Assembly: GCA_003427395.1 (NCBI GenBank)
Contig: BFEA01000024.1
Coordinates: 337,989 to 401,988, forward strand
DNA: 64,000 nt
Source of the DNA: Chara braunii
Taxonomy: Eukaryota > Plantae > Charophyceae
Direction of reading: 5' to 3'
Shown here: positions 37,837-51,295 of the stretch, piece by piece
How positions within the stretch are numbered: the first letter of the stretch is position 1
Layout of the letters: every line of letters starts with the position of its first letter
Translations under genes and position numbers: made by a program
Notes under the pieces: generated by a model
The model's input: only the letters and a program-made list of their open reading frames with translations
Told to the model about the DNA's origin: nothing
Databases searched by the model: none

Positions 37837-40800
37837 ATGTCTGACGATGTTTTTTCAGGTGGGCTATTGTTGAGAGGGAGTTCTGTTTCTCGGACTTCTT
37901 CTAAGCTAGTAGCATTTTCACCTAGCGAGCCCGCCTGTTCAACCAACATGATGTATTTCGAGGGTGATGTACCACCGAAACTTATTATGGAACCCAACGA
38001 GGTGATTGGAGAAGTGAGGAATCTTCAACGCTTTACGCCACAAATGATAGAGAAAAAAAAGAGAAAACAAGTTGAGGAGACTCTAATTAACATTCTTGAT
38101 GATCAAGAACCAGACCCTCAATTTAAGAAGAGTGAGCAAGGGAAGAAGATAAAATTTATCCTCAATAGTGAGTTGGAAGATGAAACTGTAACTACAGATG
38201 TAATTACAAAAATGTTAAAAGAAAGGGAAGTGACTTTGTCTTTCAAGGAGGCAATGACTTTAGCACCAAAGTTGAGAGAGGAACTCAAGAAGTTAATCGA
38301 TAAGAAAATGATGGAAGTTAATTATCTGGGATCAATCTTTCCCAGCCAAGTCAACATGACCTTACCAGGATGTAAAATGAGATTCGCAACCATGGGCTGC
38401 GGGTATTTAGCTATCTACATTAATCAAGTGAAAATCCGAGCCCTAGTGGATTCTGGGGCAGAAATGATACTTATCTCTCAGAGAGCTATGGAAGCCTGTG
38501 ACCTGACCATTGATAGACCCTAAAAGCAAATGTTAAGTAATATTGTTGACCAACTCTTTGTGGCAAGGTTTATCGATAATTTGTCCATCAGGGTTGGGAT
38601 GATGTTAGTTGAACTACTGGGATTTGTGGTATCAGATCTAGACCATGATTGTATCTTGGACACTCCATTCTGACATAGGATGAAAACTGTCCAGTTCTTC
38701 AGTCATGAGGGGTCATCCTGGATTGGCTTGCAAGATCCAGAGACTGCACAGGAACAAACTTGTATGGTTTGTACTTCTCATCATCATAAGTATAAAATAT
38801 CAACTAACTCAATTAGAAGAGAAAAAATTGTCGAGAAGATAAGGAAGGAAAAGGGAAAAGACAAACAGGAAGTCAATGAGGAAGTTTCAGTTGATATCAA
38901 TCAGATCTCAAAGATGATGAAAACCCTTGGCAAACTCAAAGATGAAGATGGGAAGATTGAAGCATTTAAGAAGGTTGTTGAAAATGCTAATGGTGAAAAA
39001 ATGAAATTAAAGTTTGTATCAACACTTCTTTTTTTAGGAAAATAGTCACTGAGTCAAAAAAAAAAAACGAGCCCAAGGGGTTGAAGAAGAACCCAGTAGC
39101 AGTTTTTATTGAGAAAGATTATTATGAGGCACTGGAAAAGGAAAGGAGAATTATTAAAGCATTAAGGGAGTCTGCGAAATTGGGGAATAGAGTCACCAGG
39201 GAAAGGTTTGACACGATGAAGATAGGTTCTGACCAGTTCATCTTGCCTAAAGAGAAATAATATATCTTCAAAGTGTGTCAAAACTTCTCTGGTGCATTCT
39301 CTTTTAATGATGAAGAAAGAGGGCGGTTGAATGTGGATATGATTGAGATGACAAAGATCTAGACAGTTGATCCAATTCCATGGAATGACAAACCAACCAA
39401 GTACGCCTTGAAAGAAGAGGCAGAAGTAGTAAAACATCTGGATAATAAAATTGTCTCTAATGTTGCTGGACCTGCGGATGGACTGTATGCTAACCACTAG
39501 TTTTGTTTATGAAAACCAGAGGGTGGACTGAAATTGATACATAATCTTCAAAAATTCAACTCAGTAACGATACGTGACGCGGGTAACCTTCCTAATGTTG
39601 ATCTCCTTTCTGAATTTTTTGCTGGTCGATGCATTTATTCTTTAATTGATTTGTATTTTGGCTATGATCAGCTTCCCATTGATCCCACTAGCCGACCAAT
39701 GACTGTCATGCACACGCCGAGGGGCCTCATTCAAATGTATGTGGTACCTCAGGGTTGGACCGATGGTGTGACAGTGGTTCAAAGGGACATGATTCAAGTC
39801 ATGCAGGACATCTCACCCGAGATAACAAGTCCTTACGTTGATGATAATCATGTGAAAGGACCCCTAGTAAGAGACGAGACTTTGGTCGCTGATGAAGTCA
39901 GGAAGTTTGTTTGGGAACATGTTGAGGAAGTGAAGATGGTCCTAGAGAGACTTCATAAATATAACCTGACCGTCAGTGGACCAAAGTCCCTTCTCTTTCA
40001 AGCAGAGGTAACCGTCTTGGTTTAGATGTTTCTCCAAGGGTAGGAGCCTTGACCCCAAGACGATAGACAAAATTTTGAACTGGTGTCTAACGAGTGACAA
40101 ATGTTAGAAACGTTTTGGGTGTCTGTGGGTTCTGGATGATTTTTATTCCTCATTTTGCTACCCTTGCAGAACCTCTAAGAGAAATGGTGAGACAAAGGGC
40201 TGACTTATCTTGGACTGAGAAAAGACGGAATGTTGCAGAAACTTTACAAGAAAAATAAAAAGATGGGGGAGTAGTGTTGAGAGTCTTTCTATGATGATGA
40301 AGAGGGAAGACCCTTCATCATCGAGCCAGATGGGGGACCAGTGACTCTTGGTGGTGTACTTATACAGAAAGACAGGAATGAAAATGAGAGACCTCTGAGA
40401 TTTGAGAGTAAAACTCTTAACTCTACAGAAAGATGCTACACCCAGTTTAAGAAAGAGCTACTGACAATCATCCATTGTCTCAGGTGCTTTAGGCACTATG
40501 TACTTGGAAGGATATTCATCCTTAAGACTGGTGCATATGCTGTGATTGGTGCTATTAAAAAACATCAACAGTGGATCCAACACTAAGCAAGTGGATTGCT
40601 TTCATTTAAACTTTTGATTTTAAATTGAAAAAAAATCCTACTGAGAAAAATCGGGCTTTATTTGAATGGAGAAAAGAAAAAGATGAGAATGTTGATGGGT
40701 CAATCGAAGAATCTGCCTATGTTGATAACTTCTTAAATGAGGAAGACGACGAAGACTATAAGGCTTCGAGCTCTTACAAGTGGAACTTATGGCCTGAAGA

Positions 40801-42300
40801 GAGAGACAGTTGGGGAGAAACCCCTGATGCTTATGTCTATGAATTAATTCTTGAAAAATACGAACAACAACAACAAAATGATTGGTAATGCTAGAGTCAA
40901 TGCAGCGGTTGTGGCTGCTCATGAACTGAGAGAGAGTTCTGGTTCAAAGAATGAGGAAGGTGGTGAGAAGAAAAACGAAGAGATATCATTTATCTTTGAA
41001 GAATATGATGAAATTTATCAAGAGATTGGGAAGAAGATGGAAAGAGAACGATAAAAGGAGTATTACTGCAAAAACTTAAAGGAAAAGTTTAGATTAAAGA
41101 GAGGTCACCTCTTTGTGGATGGCAAATGAGACTTACCTCCACTAAGAATTGTATGTGGGAAAGAAAGACAACTAGAAATAATTGCGGCTCTACACGAGGG
41201 GATTGTTGGTGGTCATAAAACTGCTGAAGCAACCTACTCTAAGACAATTAAACTTTACTCATGGCCTGACATGAGAGACATGTTTTACAGATTCTGTAAG
41301 TCATGTGTATTATGTCAGAAGAGGTCGACAACAAGGATGATTGAGCCTTTGTTTCTTACTATTCTGATGGAGTCAGGCGATCGAGTTCACCTGGATCTCA
41401 TCACTATGCCCCTTGGCAAGGGTGGTGTGAGGTACATACTGAACATGAGGGATAATTTTTCTGGATATGTTGAGGCAAAAACTTTGAAGAGGAAGACACC
41501 CGAGCAAGTGGCTGACTGGATAGAGGAGGCCTATCTCAGGTATCCCTTCATCAGAGAGTTTGTCTCAGACAGAGGATCTGAATTTAGAAATGAGATTGTA
41601 AGACGAACCACTCTCAAACTTGGTGTTAGAATTCGGTATGACTACTTATCATCCTCAAACAAATGCACATGTCGAAAGCGGTCACAAGACTCTGAAAGAT
41701 TCATTTGCTAAATTGTGTGAAGGGAACCTCAATGATTGGCCAAAAGTATTGAGTGTTGCAGCTTATGCTGACAAGATCATTGTCAAGGGAACCACTGCTT
41801 ATGCTTCATTCACTCTTTCATATAGTCGGTATGCTACTCTGCCTATTGAAAGTATAATCAAAACATGGTCAAGTCAAGAGAGTGACAAAGAGTATTCTAT
41901 TTCAGAGTTTCTTCAGATCAGAATGAGACAGATATCAAAGGTTGATCAAGCAGTTATGGATGCTGCAAAGAGAATGACAACCAACAGATTATCAGATCAA
42001 GAGAGATGGAACAAGAAGAAATATATAAGAAAGAGAAACTGAAAGTTGGTGACGTTGTCCTCTTATTCGATAATTCCCTTGAGACGCGGTGGACTAAACG
42101 ATTGGAGCCCAGATAGCTCGGTCCCTAAAGAATTACAGGTGAAAAAGAAGACAAAGTCTATGAAATATCGAAGATGGATGGCTCAAGAGTTCATGATATG
42201 GTATCAGGGTCAAAACTTCGTAAGTTTATCTTCAGAGACTCTGACTTGGTCCCTACAATGGTCACAAAGAAAGGAAAGAAGAACCAGTCATCTAGTAAGA
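37837..42300 (+). pseudogene. pol: pol of element 3 (PR, RT, RH, INT with GP-type tail; no chromodomain seen)
   Basis: ALVDSGAEMILIS; IDLYFGYDQL...VPQGWTDG...SPYVDD; LGGVLIQ...FESKTL...KKELL; H..GGH..CVLC, VHLDL, SDRGSEF, YHPQTNAHVE. Confidence 0.9.
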
Positions 42301-42388
42301 GAGTTGTTTCAGAGGACTGAGAAATGTATAGTGAGATGGGAAGGTAAAGCAAAGACAAGAACTTCAACAGATTTTGATTATTCTTGCA

Positions 42389-42724
42389 CTGCGTAGCACG
42401 GCGAACGTGTTCGCGCCCCTTCATGTTCGCTCGTTCGCGCGAACAGCTCGCGAACATGTTCGGCCGAATATTTTTTTTTTTCGTTATTTTTTTTTTTCTT
42501 TTTTTTTTCGGTTTGTTGGATTTTAACTCATGATTGGCTACGAATTTGAACATGACTCCAAGGTAAAGTTGCTTGTATTGTTATTTTACATAACATATAT
42601 TTTTTTCAGATTTTTCTGAGATTTTTTTTTTTTTTTTTTTTTTTAATAATTTTTATGTTCGCGTTCGGAGGGTTTTTGGCGCTTGTTCGCGTTTGCCTCC
42701 GAACGCGAACACGGTGCTACGTAG
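42389..42724. mobile_element. hAT-type MITE (336 bp) nested in element 3
   Basis: TIR CTGCGTAGCAC/GTGCTACGTAG (1 mismatch); perfect 8-bp TSD TTCTTGCA at 42381-42388 and 42725-42732; GCGAAC/GTTCGC subterminal repeats. Confidence 0.9.
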
Positions 42725-42748
42725 TTCTTGCATTGTCAGTTCAGTAAA

Positions 42749-43962
42749 TCAATTTTCAGTATGTCTAATTTTGTCACAAAGGACTTGAGAGAGACTTTTC
42801 AGATGATCTGCATTCGTTTTTGCATCTAAGCTGATTTTATTATTTTTTATAAGCAATGAAATCAATGAGATCAAAGTGTCATGAAGTGCACTTGCAGTGA
42901 TATTAAGTTCAGAGAACTCGTAGTTGTGGTACATCAAAAGAGTAATCAGTTTTGATCTCGTGAAGAAGAGAGAATTTAACGAGCATAAAAGAAGTCCAGC
43001 TCTACCTGACTAAAGAGTTGTCAGTGGAGGGACTTCGTTTTCTGACTAAGTTGTCTGTCCAAGAGAGTTATTAAGAAGATGGGCATAAAGAAGTTCAACT
43101 TTGCTTGACCAGAGAGTTGTCAGCATGAGGAGTTCGTGTTTCTTGACTAAGTTGCCTATCTTTGTGCCAGATGCGGGAAGGGACCTCTCTAGGGCCAGTA
43201 TCTCTATGCTCGCTTGAGACTGACGGGAGGTCTCTTGGGGGTACTCTCGGATGAGGGAGGGGACCTCTCTGGGATCAACACTCTGCATCTCTGGAGGCTG
43301 AAGTGAGGTCTCAAGGAAGTGCATTGTCGGCTGTTGTTTGTTGTTGTTTAATGTCTTTTGAGACTGAAGGGACGTCTCTTGAGAAATGTTTGTTCTGTTA
43401 TCTGGGGCATGGACTGTTTGACTGTGGGCATGAGATGTATGTTGGCTGTCTCTGCCTGGGATTTCTTCTCTAACCTAAAGATGCATTGATTGTCGGGGTC
43501 AACCAGAGCCTTACCGTAGTAGCTTGCAATCTGGTGGGGTCAGCAGGTCCCCGACGCGAGTGTCGACTGAGGCTAAGACTCCGGGAGTCTGGCCTGTGAG
43601 GTCAAAAGGGGTAAGTTGGAACCCTACCATAGTTAGAGGTTGCAATCCAGTGAGGTTCGCCAGAGCCTGGAACGGTGGTTAGACCAAGTCCCACGTTAAA
43701 AAATTTACGCAGGGCAACCACCGCCCTTGGCCAAAAACTGGTGGGTGAGCCGGTCCCCGACCTCAGTGGTCAAATCCGGGTACGAGACAGTTTGAGTCTG
43801 GGTGTCCTGGCGAAAGTGCCAAAGGGTCACCATACTCGAGTAGTGGGTATAGTGGTCCTTACCTGGAGGCAGGTTAAAGGGGCCGTCAAGACAAATAGTC
43901 TAATTGGTCCTGGCCTGAGGCGGGCCGAATGAGGTATATCAGACTGACGGGAGGTCTGTCAT
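42749..43962 (-). pseudogene. Decayed antisense ORF(s) between pol and the 3' LTR of element 3
   Basis: Protein-like minus-strand frames (MTDLPSV*YTSFGPPQARTN*TICLDGPFNLPPGKDHY...; 43046-43324; 42749-42937) with stops at plausible Trp positions. Confidence 0.4.
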
Positions 43963-44174
43963 TCCTGGCCAGTGGTGGGCCAAAACCAAGGCAATAAATA
44001 ACTCTTGGGTGTGAAGAACTGTTTATGTTTACTTACTATTTTATTATGGGTTCCTATATTTATTTATTTCTATTTAATTACTGATTGGTGGCTGCTTGTC
44101 AAGGAGTCTGTATGTTGGGGCTGAGGGACTTGTTGTTTTGCAGGATTATGCAGACACGTCAAGAGCTTCAAGGC

Positions 44175-44350
44175 CAGAGAAAAGAAAAGGGGTTTGGTAT
44201 CCCCTTTTATTTACCTAAGAAGTGAGGATACACCTCACTCAGAGCAGAGGAAAGGAACGGGGTTTGGTATCCCCTGAATTGCTTAAGAAGTTGAGAAGAC
44301 ATCTCACTCAGGCCAGAGCAGAAAAGGGGTTTGGTATACTTTATCCCCTG
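44175..44350 (+). repeat. Three ~68-bp tandem units with a purine run plus GGGGTTTGGTAT(CCCC) hairpin
   Basis: Copies at 44189, 44259 and 44326; the same 12-mer sits at 45339-45350 next to the 3' LTR. Confidence 0.8.
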
Positions 44351-47300
44351 CATGATAGGTAGAATGAGTGCCCTCAAATGTTAATATTATTTGGACAATA
44401 TTCTGGGCGTCATTGCCAAGATAAGGAGCAAGGTAATTTTCTTTCTGAAAAGGTTCAGTAGCAAGACAAGTGAGCGGCAGATGGGAAATCCTTCTTACAT
44501 TTGTTTGGTGGCCAACAAGCGGTCTGACTCACAAGGAACCTGCATCCCCGGCCTCAGGATATTCAAACTCTCAAGCCAGAGACGCAATTGAATGGACTGA
44601 AAAGTCAAGACAAGAAAATGATTCAGAAATTTGAGAGAAAATCGCGCTTATACAGGATGTAGAAGACAACCATGAACTCAATCTGAAGTAAGGAAAGAAG
44701 AAAGAAGATGCAAAAAATAGTGCAGTCGCTGAGATGAGAAGAAGGGGAAACTGCACATGGGGTAGGAGATGGTGGAATTGGCACTAGGGCCCTACTCGCC
44801 GCAGGGGTAGTGGGGGCTCTGGGGGAAAACGGAGGAGAGGAGAGACTTGGGGCGCCATAGCGCGCCAAACTTCTTTTGGAAACACTCCATCTTAGTGGGC
44901 GATGGAGTTCTCTCGTGCCAACTAGTGAGTGAGTGGTGCGGGTATGGCCTTGTGTAGCCATATCCTTAACCCCCCTCCTCTTCCTCCTCTGAATTGTACT
45001 CGTGACTTGCACGAGGTGGCGGCTCTTCCCGAGCCTTCCCTGCTCTTCCACCTCTTCCTCTCCCCAGTCCCCGATGTGCTTCAGGCATGGTGTGAGGTGG
45101 GATCCAAATAGAAACACCACAAGGCAAAGAAACCTGCACTAGGAGATGGTTGTGCTGGATGCGTAGAAAGATAGCGCGATGGGGGAAAGAGGAGTGTGCT
45201 GCGAAAGGAAAGCGTTAATTCAAGGTTGCCTCGAGAACTTTGCTGCAAAACGATTGTGAAGAGTATGTGAAAGCATCACGAAACTCGCTATCTTATATTA
45301 ACCATCTACTTTGTTTGGCCCAGTGGGGACTCTGGGCGGGGGTTTGGTATTATGTCGGAGGGCGTGGTGTCTCGGCCCTCCGCTGCTTTCAGGCATTCGC
45401 CCACTCAGGGTTGTTTACCAGATTTCCACTCACTTACCGCTGCAGGCCTGATATTAGTCAACACGGTCGCGTGGAATTGACAGGCTAGGCCTTGTTACTA
45501 GGCCTTCCGATGGGACCGCATGGGCTCGACACCCTACCTTACTGCGAGTCGTCCCACAGCCAAAAAGACTAATTGGGTCTTGTCTGGATAGGAGAAAGGG
45601 TAGCACGGTTTACTCAACCGCGCGTCAGGCCCCAATGGTCGTGATCCAAGCTAGATGCAGGGTATGATAGTGATAGCCGGTGCTGTCTTCTCAACCGCAC
45701 GCCAGGTTCCTGTAGTTGGGTTATAGGGTAAGTGCGGTGGCAACAGTCACTATCAATAAAAGAGAAAATACAGAGAAAAGTAAAGGAAAAGAGGAAAAGA
45801 AAAAAGGGTCGAGCACGAAGCTTCAGATCCGTCCTAGATCTAGATCGTTGCTGCTCGATGGCTTTCGTGATATCTCGACGCAAGAGAGATTCAAAGCGTC
45901 CTCCCCCTCTCCTTATAATTATTATTATTACTATTATTATCATTATTATTATTATTATTATCGACTTCCTTTACCTAATTTCCCTTCTGTCATTTCGCTG
46001 GAGGCTAACGGTTCAGTTTTGAACTCCGATTGAAGCCTGGCGGTCTAGACTAGCCGTCCCTTCGTGTATCGCCTGTGGCTGAACTGTTCGGTTGAGCGCC
46101 GTGCAGTAGGACCCCAAAAGAGGGGCAACCCGCGACTGCTTCGGTAGGAGGCTTATAACCCCCAGAGGAAGGTCATAAGCCCCCTCCTTGCCATCGGACA
46201 CAAGTACCCAATAGAAGTAGGCCGGAGGCACGTTTTGAAGAGAGAAGGGCGTCCGTCGGTATCCCATTACCGTGTCTAGTCTGCAGGTCACTTTCACTTC
46301 TGAGGAAAAATGTTTAGTGGCTGAAAGCGGAAGCTGACGTTATGACCGTTGGTGTCACGCCACTTATTTTTCCCCCTTTTATTTTCCTTTGTTTCCTTTC
46401 CATTTATTCTATTAAATTCTAAAAATTCAAATTATTAAAGATGCAGAGTCTTTGAAGCTATTTGAATCCCCTTTTTAGAGCACGAGGATGGCGTAGGCAG
46501 TGATCGTATAGAAGAGAGGGAGATGTGTCACTGGCAACTGGGGCAAAGGCAGTCCCGTTGCACTGAGCACGGGTGAGTCGAAGAGGGAGGACCGGGCAGC
46601 AAAGTAAGCGCGTGGGTTCGTTCGTGTGTGTGTTTGCCCCGGGTGTTTAGTTCTGGCTATTCTGGAGCTTGGTAGCCTAGCACCGTATACAGTCCATTCG
46701 AAAAAAGGCTCAACTATGGCATGTAGCAACCGTCTTTTCGGCTATAGGTCAGGGCACCTGAGGTTTTACTGGAGTTGGGAGCGTATGCGAGAAGAGGAGG
46801 CTACAATGGATGCCTACTTGAGCTACAGTAAAAGTGACGCGGTGGCTAAGCTAAAAATTAATGTCTACAGAGGGAAAGAATAGGAGATGAGTGAGGATGG
46901 AAAAGTGCAGGGGGTAGTGACTTAGGCTCGCAACAGAGCCGAGCGAAGGTGCAGGAGGGATGCGACCGCGACCCTGAAGGTTACGGTTACTTATCACGAG
47001 AAAGAGACTTCCACTAGCACGACCGAGAGAGAGCAGCAAGAGCTGGACCGAGATTCAAAGGTTGAGTCCGAGGCCAGCGATGCGCAGACTCGGTCCTAGC
47101 ATGGGCTGGAGCAGTGGAGGAGAGAACACCCGCCAACCGAGTAGGTAGAGGACGACCCAGAGACCAGCTCGGCCCAGCAGAGAGACTGACGCAGTGAGAC
47201 GGTTACGGGTCGACGGAGAGAGAGAGAGAGAGAGGGCGAGAAGGGCGCGATACGTGGCAGGGCTGCGTGTGTGCAAGTGCAAAGAATGCTCAGGGTGCTG

Positions 47301-47551
47301 ACGTCAACGTTGACTCCCGCGCGCAGGAAGCTAAAGAGGGGACATGTGTGCGGACTAGAAAGGGGAACTTGAGGTGACGACGAGAACAAGCCCGCTACGT
47401 GGTTGTGAGTAAGCCACTGGGAGTGGGCAGTTTTCAAGGAGCTTCACACATGATTGGGAGAGAAGAGCCATGCGTGACGCGTGAACGCTATGGTGGCGGG
47501 TCTCGGAGAGAAGGGAGACCGAAAAATCTCGCTCAAGGATAGTAGACGTCG

Positions 47552-47950
47552 TTGTTGACGACAACATTCCCCTTGCGTACAGTGCGTCCACAACTCCTAG
47601 ACGGAGTTAGTAACACTGCGTCCGCCAAGTTGGGACAATCACAAGAAAACAAACGGGGGCTGAGGCTGCGGGACTGCGTGGAAGAGTGTTCGTGCTCGGG
47701 CCCAAGCGAGAGCGCTACGCCTGAGTACGTGGTTGGGGTCACCCTCCGTTTGAGTGACCCATCTCGCCAGTCTTTGCAGGTCGTAGCACGATCAGTTTCG
47801 TCAGATTATCGTGATAAGCCTGGGGTGGGGGTTTTTCGTCGTGTGCTTGTGTGCGCTTGCCTTTTTGAACTTGTGCCTAACGATGTTGCTTTCTTGAATG
47901 AGCAGACAGGGATGGAATTGGGGTTCTCGTACTGTGCACTTCAGGCGTAA
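47552..47950 (+). CDS. LTR-internal ORF (132 aa; homolog 28772-29077), function unknown
   Basis: Open in both LTR copies for ~100 codons; no recognisable domain; non-ATG start. Confidence 0.3.
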   Translation: MLTTTFPLRTVRPQLLDGVSNTASAKLGQSQENKRGLRLRDCVEECSCSGPSESATPEYVVGVTLRLSDPSRQSLQVVARSVSSDYRDKPGVGVFRRVLVCACLFELVPNDVAFLNEQTGMELGFSYCALQA

Positions 47951-50775
47951 TCAGTGAGACAGCGGGCCGACTATAACGAGAAAGGGAGGAATAGGCGGAC
48001 ACGATTGTGAGAGAGTCACGCTCACAGCAAGCTATGAGGAAAAGGCAAAGACGTTGCGAAACAGACTAACCAATCATCACTTACCTAGGATTGGTTTCCG
48101 CTGCACTCCCAGGGAAGAAGTTGTTTTCCTCTTTTTCGTCCTTTCGGAAGCTGGAAAGTGTGTATGCCTTTCTGGGTGCGTGCCTATAGTGATAATTCTC
48201 TCGAAGTAAACGAGACGAGAAAGGGACTTAAACACACGCTTCTTGAGAACTGAGTGGGATCAGTGTGACAACGGGCCAACTGTTGAGTACGTGAGGCATC
48301 AAGTGATTAAGGGCTATCCCACGACGCCAACATGTTCGAGGGGAGTGGGCAGTCATAGCTTAGAAAAGAGAGTAGGTGAGGTTTCCCTTGCAGCTGGTGC
48401 CATGTATGACGTAACGAGGTCTTGTTCTTTTCAGGTCTCCGGAGCACAGGCAACAACCCGAAGAAGAGAGGATGATGGCCTATCGAGGTCCAGAGCAAGG
48501 AAATATATCAGTTGACGTCATCCTATGGCATTGCTAACGCAGGTCAATCCTCCAGAAGCAGTGCGCCCTCCTCGTTAGTCTGAGTTTTTAACCAGGTTTC
48601 TTTGAGAGAAGAGCATACATGATGTTGAGAATGCTATTATTAGCAGTAGATTCCAGCTAGCAGCCGCTGTGACCCTCATCCAGATACGTGAGGTATTCTC
48701 TCTGTGAGGCAGTGACTAGGCGTTATAGAGGTGATGGGGTATGAGTGATGTGTGTACAAAGATGAGATATAGGTGAGAAAAGTGAGAGGGGACGTTGAAA
48801 TTGGCGACTTACTTAGGGGATAGAAATTTGTGTCGCCTATGATTTTTTTTATGTACAGTCTTGAGCTGCGCGTGAAGGGTGCCATGGTTGGCTATAATGC
48901 AGAGATTAAGGGTATGTGGTGAATGCTCCAGGGGAAGACACGGCGCTTATCAGACCTGGGTAGAGTTTTAATCAAGTTATTTTGGTACTTGAGTCGACAG
49001 TATTCGTGGAGTATGAGGTTGAGCCCATGGACAAGTTTTCTTAAATCACGTACGAAAGACGTGAGCTAATAACGATGACCCTATCAACGGTGCAAGTTAC
49101 ATAATATTTCTCCTTTTAATTGATCACGCTCTGTGTGATGACTCGGTCATGAATAGGTCGTGCATGAAAAGAAGTTGTTCTCGGCCAAGGTGAGTGGGGG
49201 AAAACAAGTAAGCGCAATTGATTGTTAACATTATTGGGTTCTTAGTAAACGACGTGCTTTACCCTGGTCAGACTCTCACAACCATCCCGAATCTGGCTAC
49301 TAAGGAGAAGTCACATAGACTGTGGCGATCAATTTTACCAGGGGATCTTGTGCGAGTTAGGCTGATGAATATCGACGACTCTGAGTAACTTACCTGTGAG
49401 TGGAAGGAGAAGAACACGTTGGTTGAGATCGAAAAGGTCATCAATATCGCCTGTGACTAGTGGGCAAAGATCAGGGCAAGAGATAAGGTCGCGACTCACT
49501 TTCTCCATACCCTTTCCCCATGATCAAGTTCATTCCTTAACGATGCTATGGAAGAAGGGAACTCACGGGATAATAAAAAAAGATTTGTTGAATGAGCCCA
49601 CTCTTAGCCAAAATGGGGTAGGGCCTCCTGTTACAGCTGTGAGTTGTGGAAAGGTCGGGTTCGACATACTACTTGATCAGTACTGTTGCAAGTGGTACTT
49701 ACCCTCGGTTAAGTCTCCTATGTGAATTTCGAGAACGGGCTGCATGTGGTAGGCGAGTAATAGAAGAAGGGAAAAACACAGAGGAGCCGTAAGTGGGTTC
49801 TGCCAATGATTAGTCAATTGTAAAACGTTGGACTCTCGACGAGGCCGAGTAGGGAGGAGGATTGTCACGGTCCTCTCTCTCGTTCGTTCATTCTCATGTG
49901 AAGGGCAAACGGAAAACGGTCACTTGGTAAGCCGTCAAGCGGCTCTAAGCATCAGATTTCGTGTTTCTCTAATCGATTGGATGGGTCAGAGGGGAAGAAC
50001 CTTGAGAAAAGTAGCTTATATTCTTGCTAAATTATTGGCTGATGGTGAGTAAATGAAAATCTTGTGTACTGAACCAGGTTTAACGAGTTCATGGGTCATG
50101 TCATAGCAAGTCCTATCCAATAGTGTGTGTACCATAGTTGAGCCAAAATTAAAATGCGCACTATATAACATTGTGCCTGAGGGTAGTGGTCTGATTTACA
50201 TGTGAGTGGGGAAAGAACAAATGTGCAGAGTGTGTGCTTTGTTTTCACAAACATAGCTATGAGTTGTATAGCATGCGTTCCTTACTGGGAGGGGGCTGAA
50301 CGGGTTAGGACAATACCTGAGGCCATTACTGTTCCCTGTATGTTGTGAATCGGTGTTCGGGCTGCTCTAAACGGGTAACCTCCCTTGAGGTACTCAACTC
50401 GCGTGCCAAGCATGTGAACCAGCAGGTTGAAATTGTATTTAGCAGTCGCCCTGGTAAGGCTAAATGGTATCGTCTCGGTGGTCTCGGTAACCGATTCCAG
50501 TAAAGCCTAGCTATCTGACTTTCGTACCCTCCTAGAACGACGACTATAGATTGTCACTCAACCACGAACTTGTATCAGTACTCGACCTATGCTCAATAAA
50601 GTCTACGGACCAAGGTCGACTGGGAAGATAACAGTCCAACAACGATCAGATAGGGCTCTCAGAGCGGGCTCCTTGGCCGATCTCCATATCTGTTTCTAAA
50701 CTTGAGTACACTCCCGCCAAAGCCTTCCGCAGGCTGCATCATCCATGACTTAAACCTTGGGGAGTGGAAGGAATC

Positions 50776-51021
50776 ATGAAAAAAGGTGAAATCTTTGTGA
50801 CGAAATGTGAGGTTATCATGGAGAAGAATGAAAACTGGGAAGATGAGGTTGTCCTAAGTATGGAACACTTGAAAATGGTCTTGAGGGAGGATGTAATTCG
50901 GAGGGTTAAGGAGGAAAATATCATCGAATATATGTTTTACTTTCGAGATCGGAATGACAAGCAACATAGCACCGACTCCTTCTCAGAAACGATAGAGCAG
51001 GCCCAAGTAAGGCTTAAGTGA
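50776..51021 (+). CDS. LTR-encoded ~81-aa ORF, function unknown
   Basis: ATG-initiated open frame with globular-looking composition; homolog in the 5' LTR. Confidence 0.45.
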   Translation: MKKGEIFVTKCEVIMEKNENWEDEVVLSMEHLKMVLREDVIRRVKEENIIEYMFYFRDRNDKQHSTDSFSETIEQAQVRLK

Positions 51022-51295
51022 ACGCGAAAGGTTCCGAGGCCCCGTTATCAGCAGTCCTCAAAAGTCAAACAACACACAAGGATCAACAATTGACAATTAT
51101 ATCAGCCTCACGTTATCAAGCGATTAATGGTCATTGATATGTTATTTCAGCAGCGTTTAGCCACTCAGGTTACCAGGAAATCTCGACCAAGATCAGTCAG
51201 CGCTCAGTTATTGCAGGTTGACATTGAAACCAGTATCAATTAGTATGCGCATTCACCAAAAGAATTGAAACCCTCTTCAGTGTTCACATGTACCG

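Noticed and set aside
44175-44350. Hammerhead ribozyme or CRISPR-like reading of the hairpin repeats
   Set aside because: No CTGANGA...GAAA core on either strand; the spacers are similar to each other; eukaryotic TE context with no cas genes.
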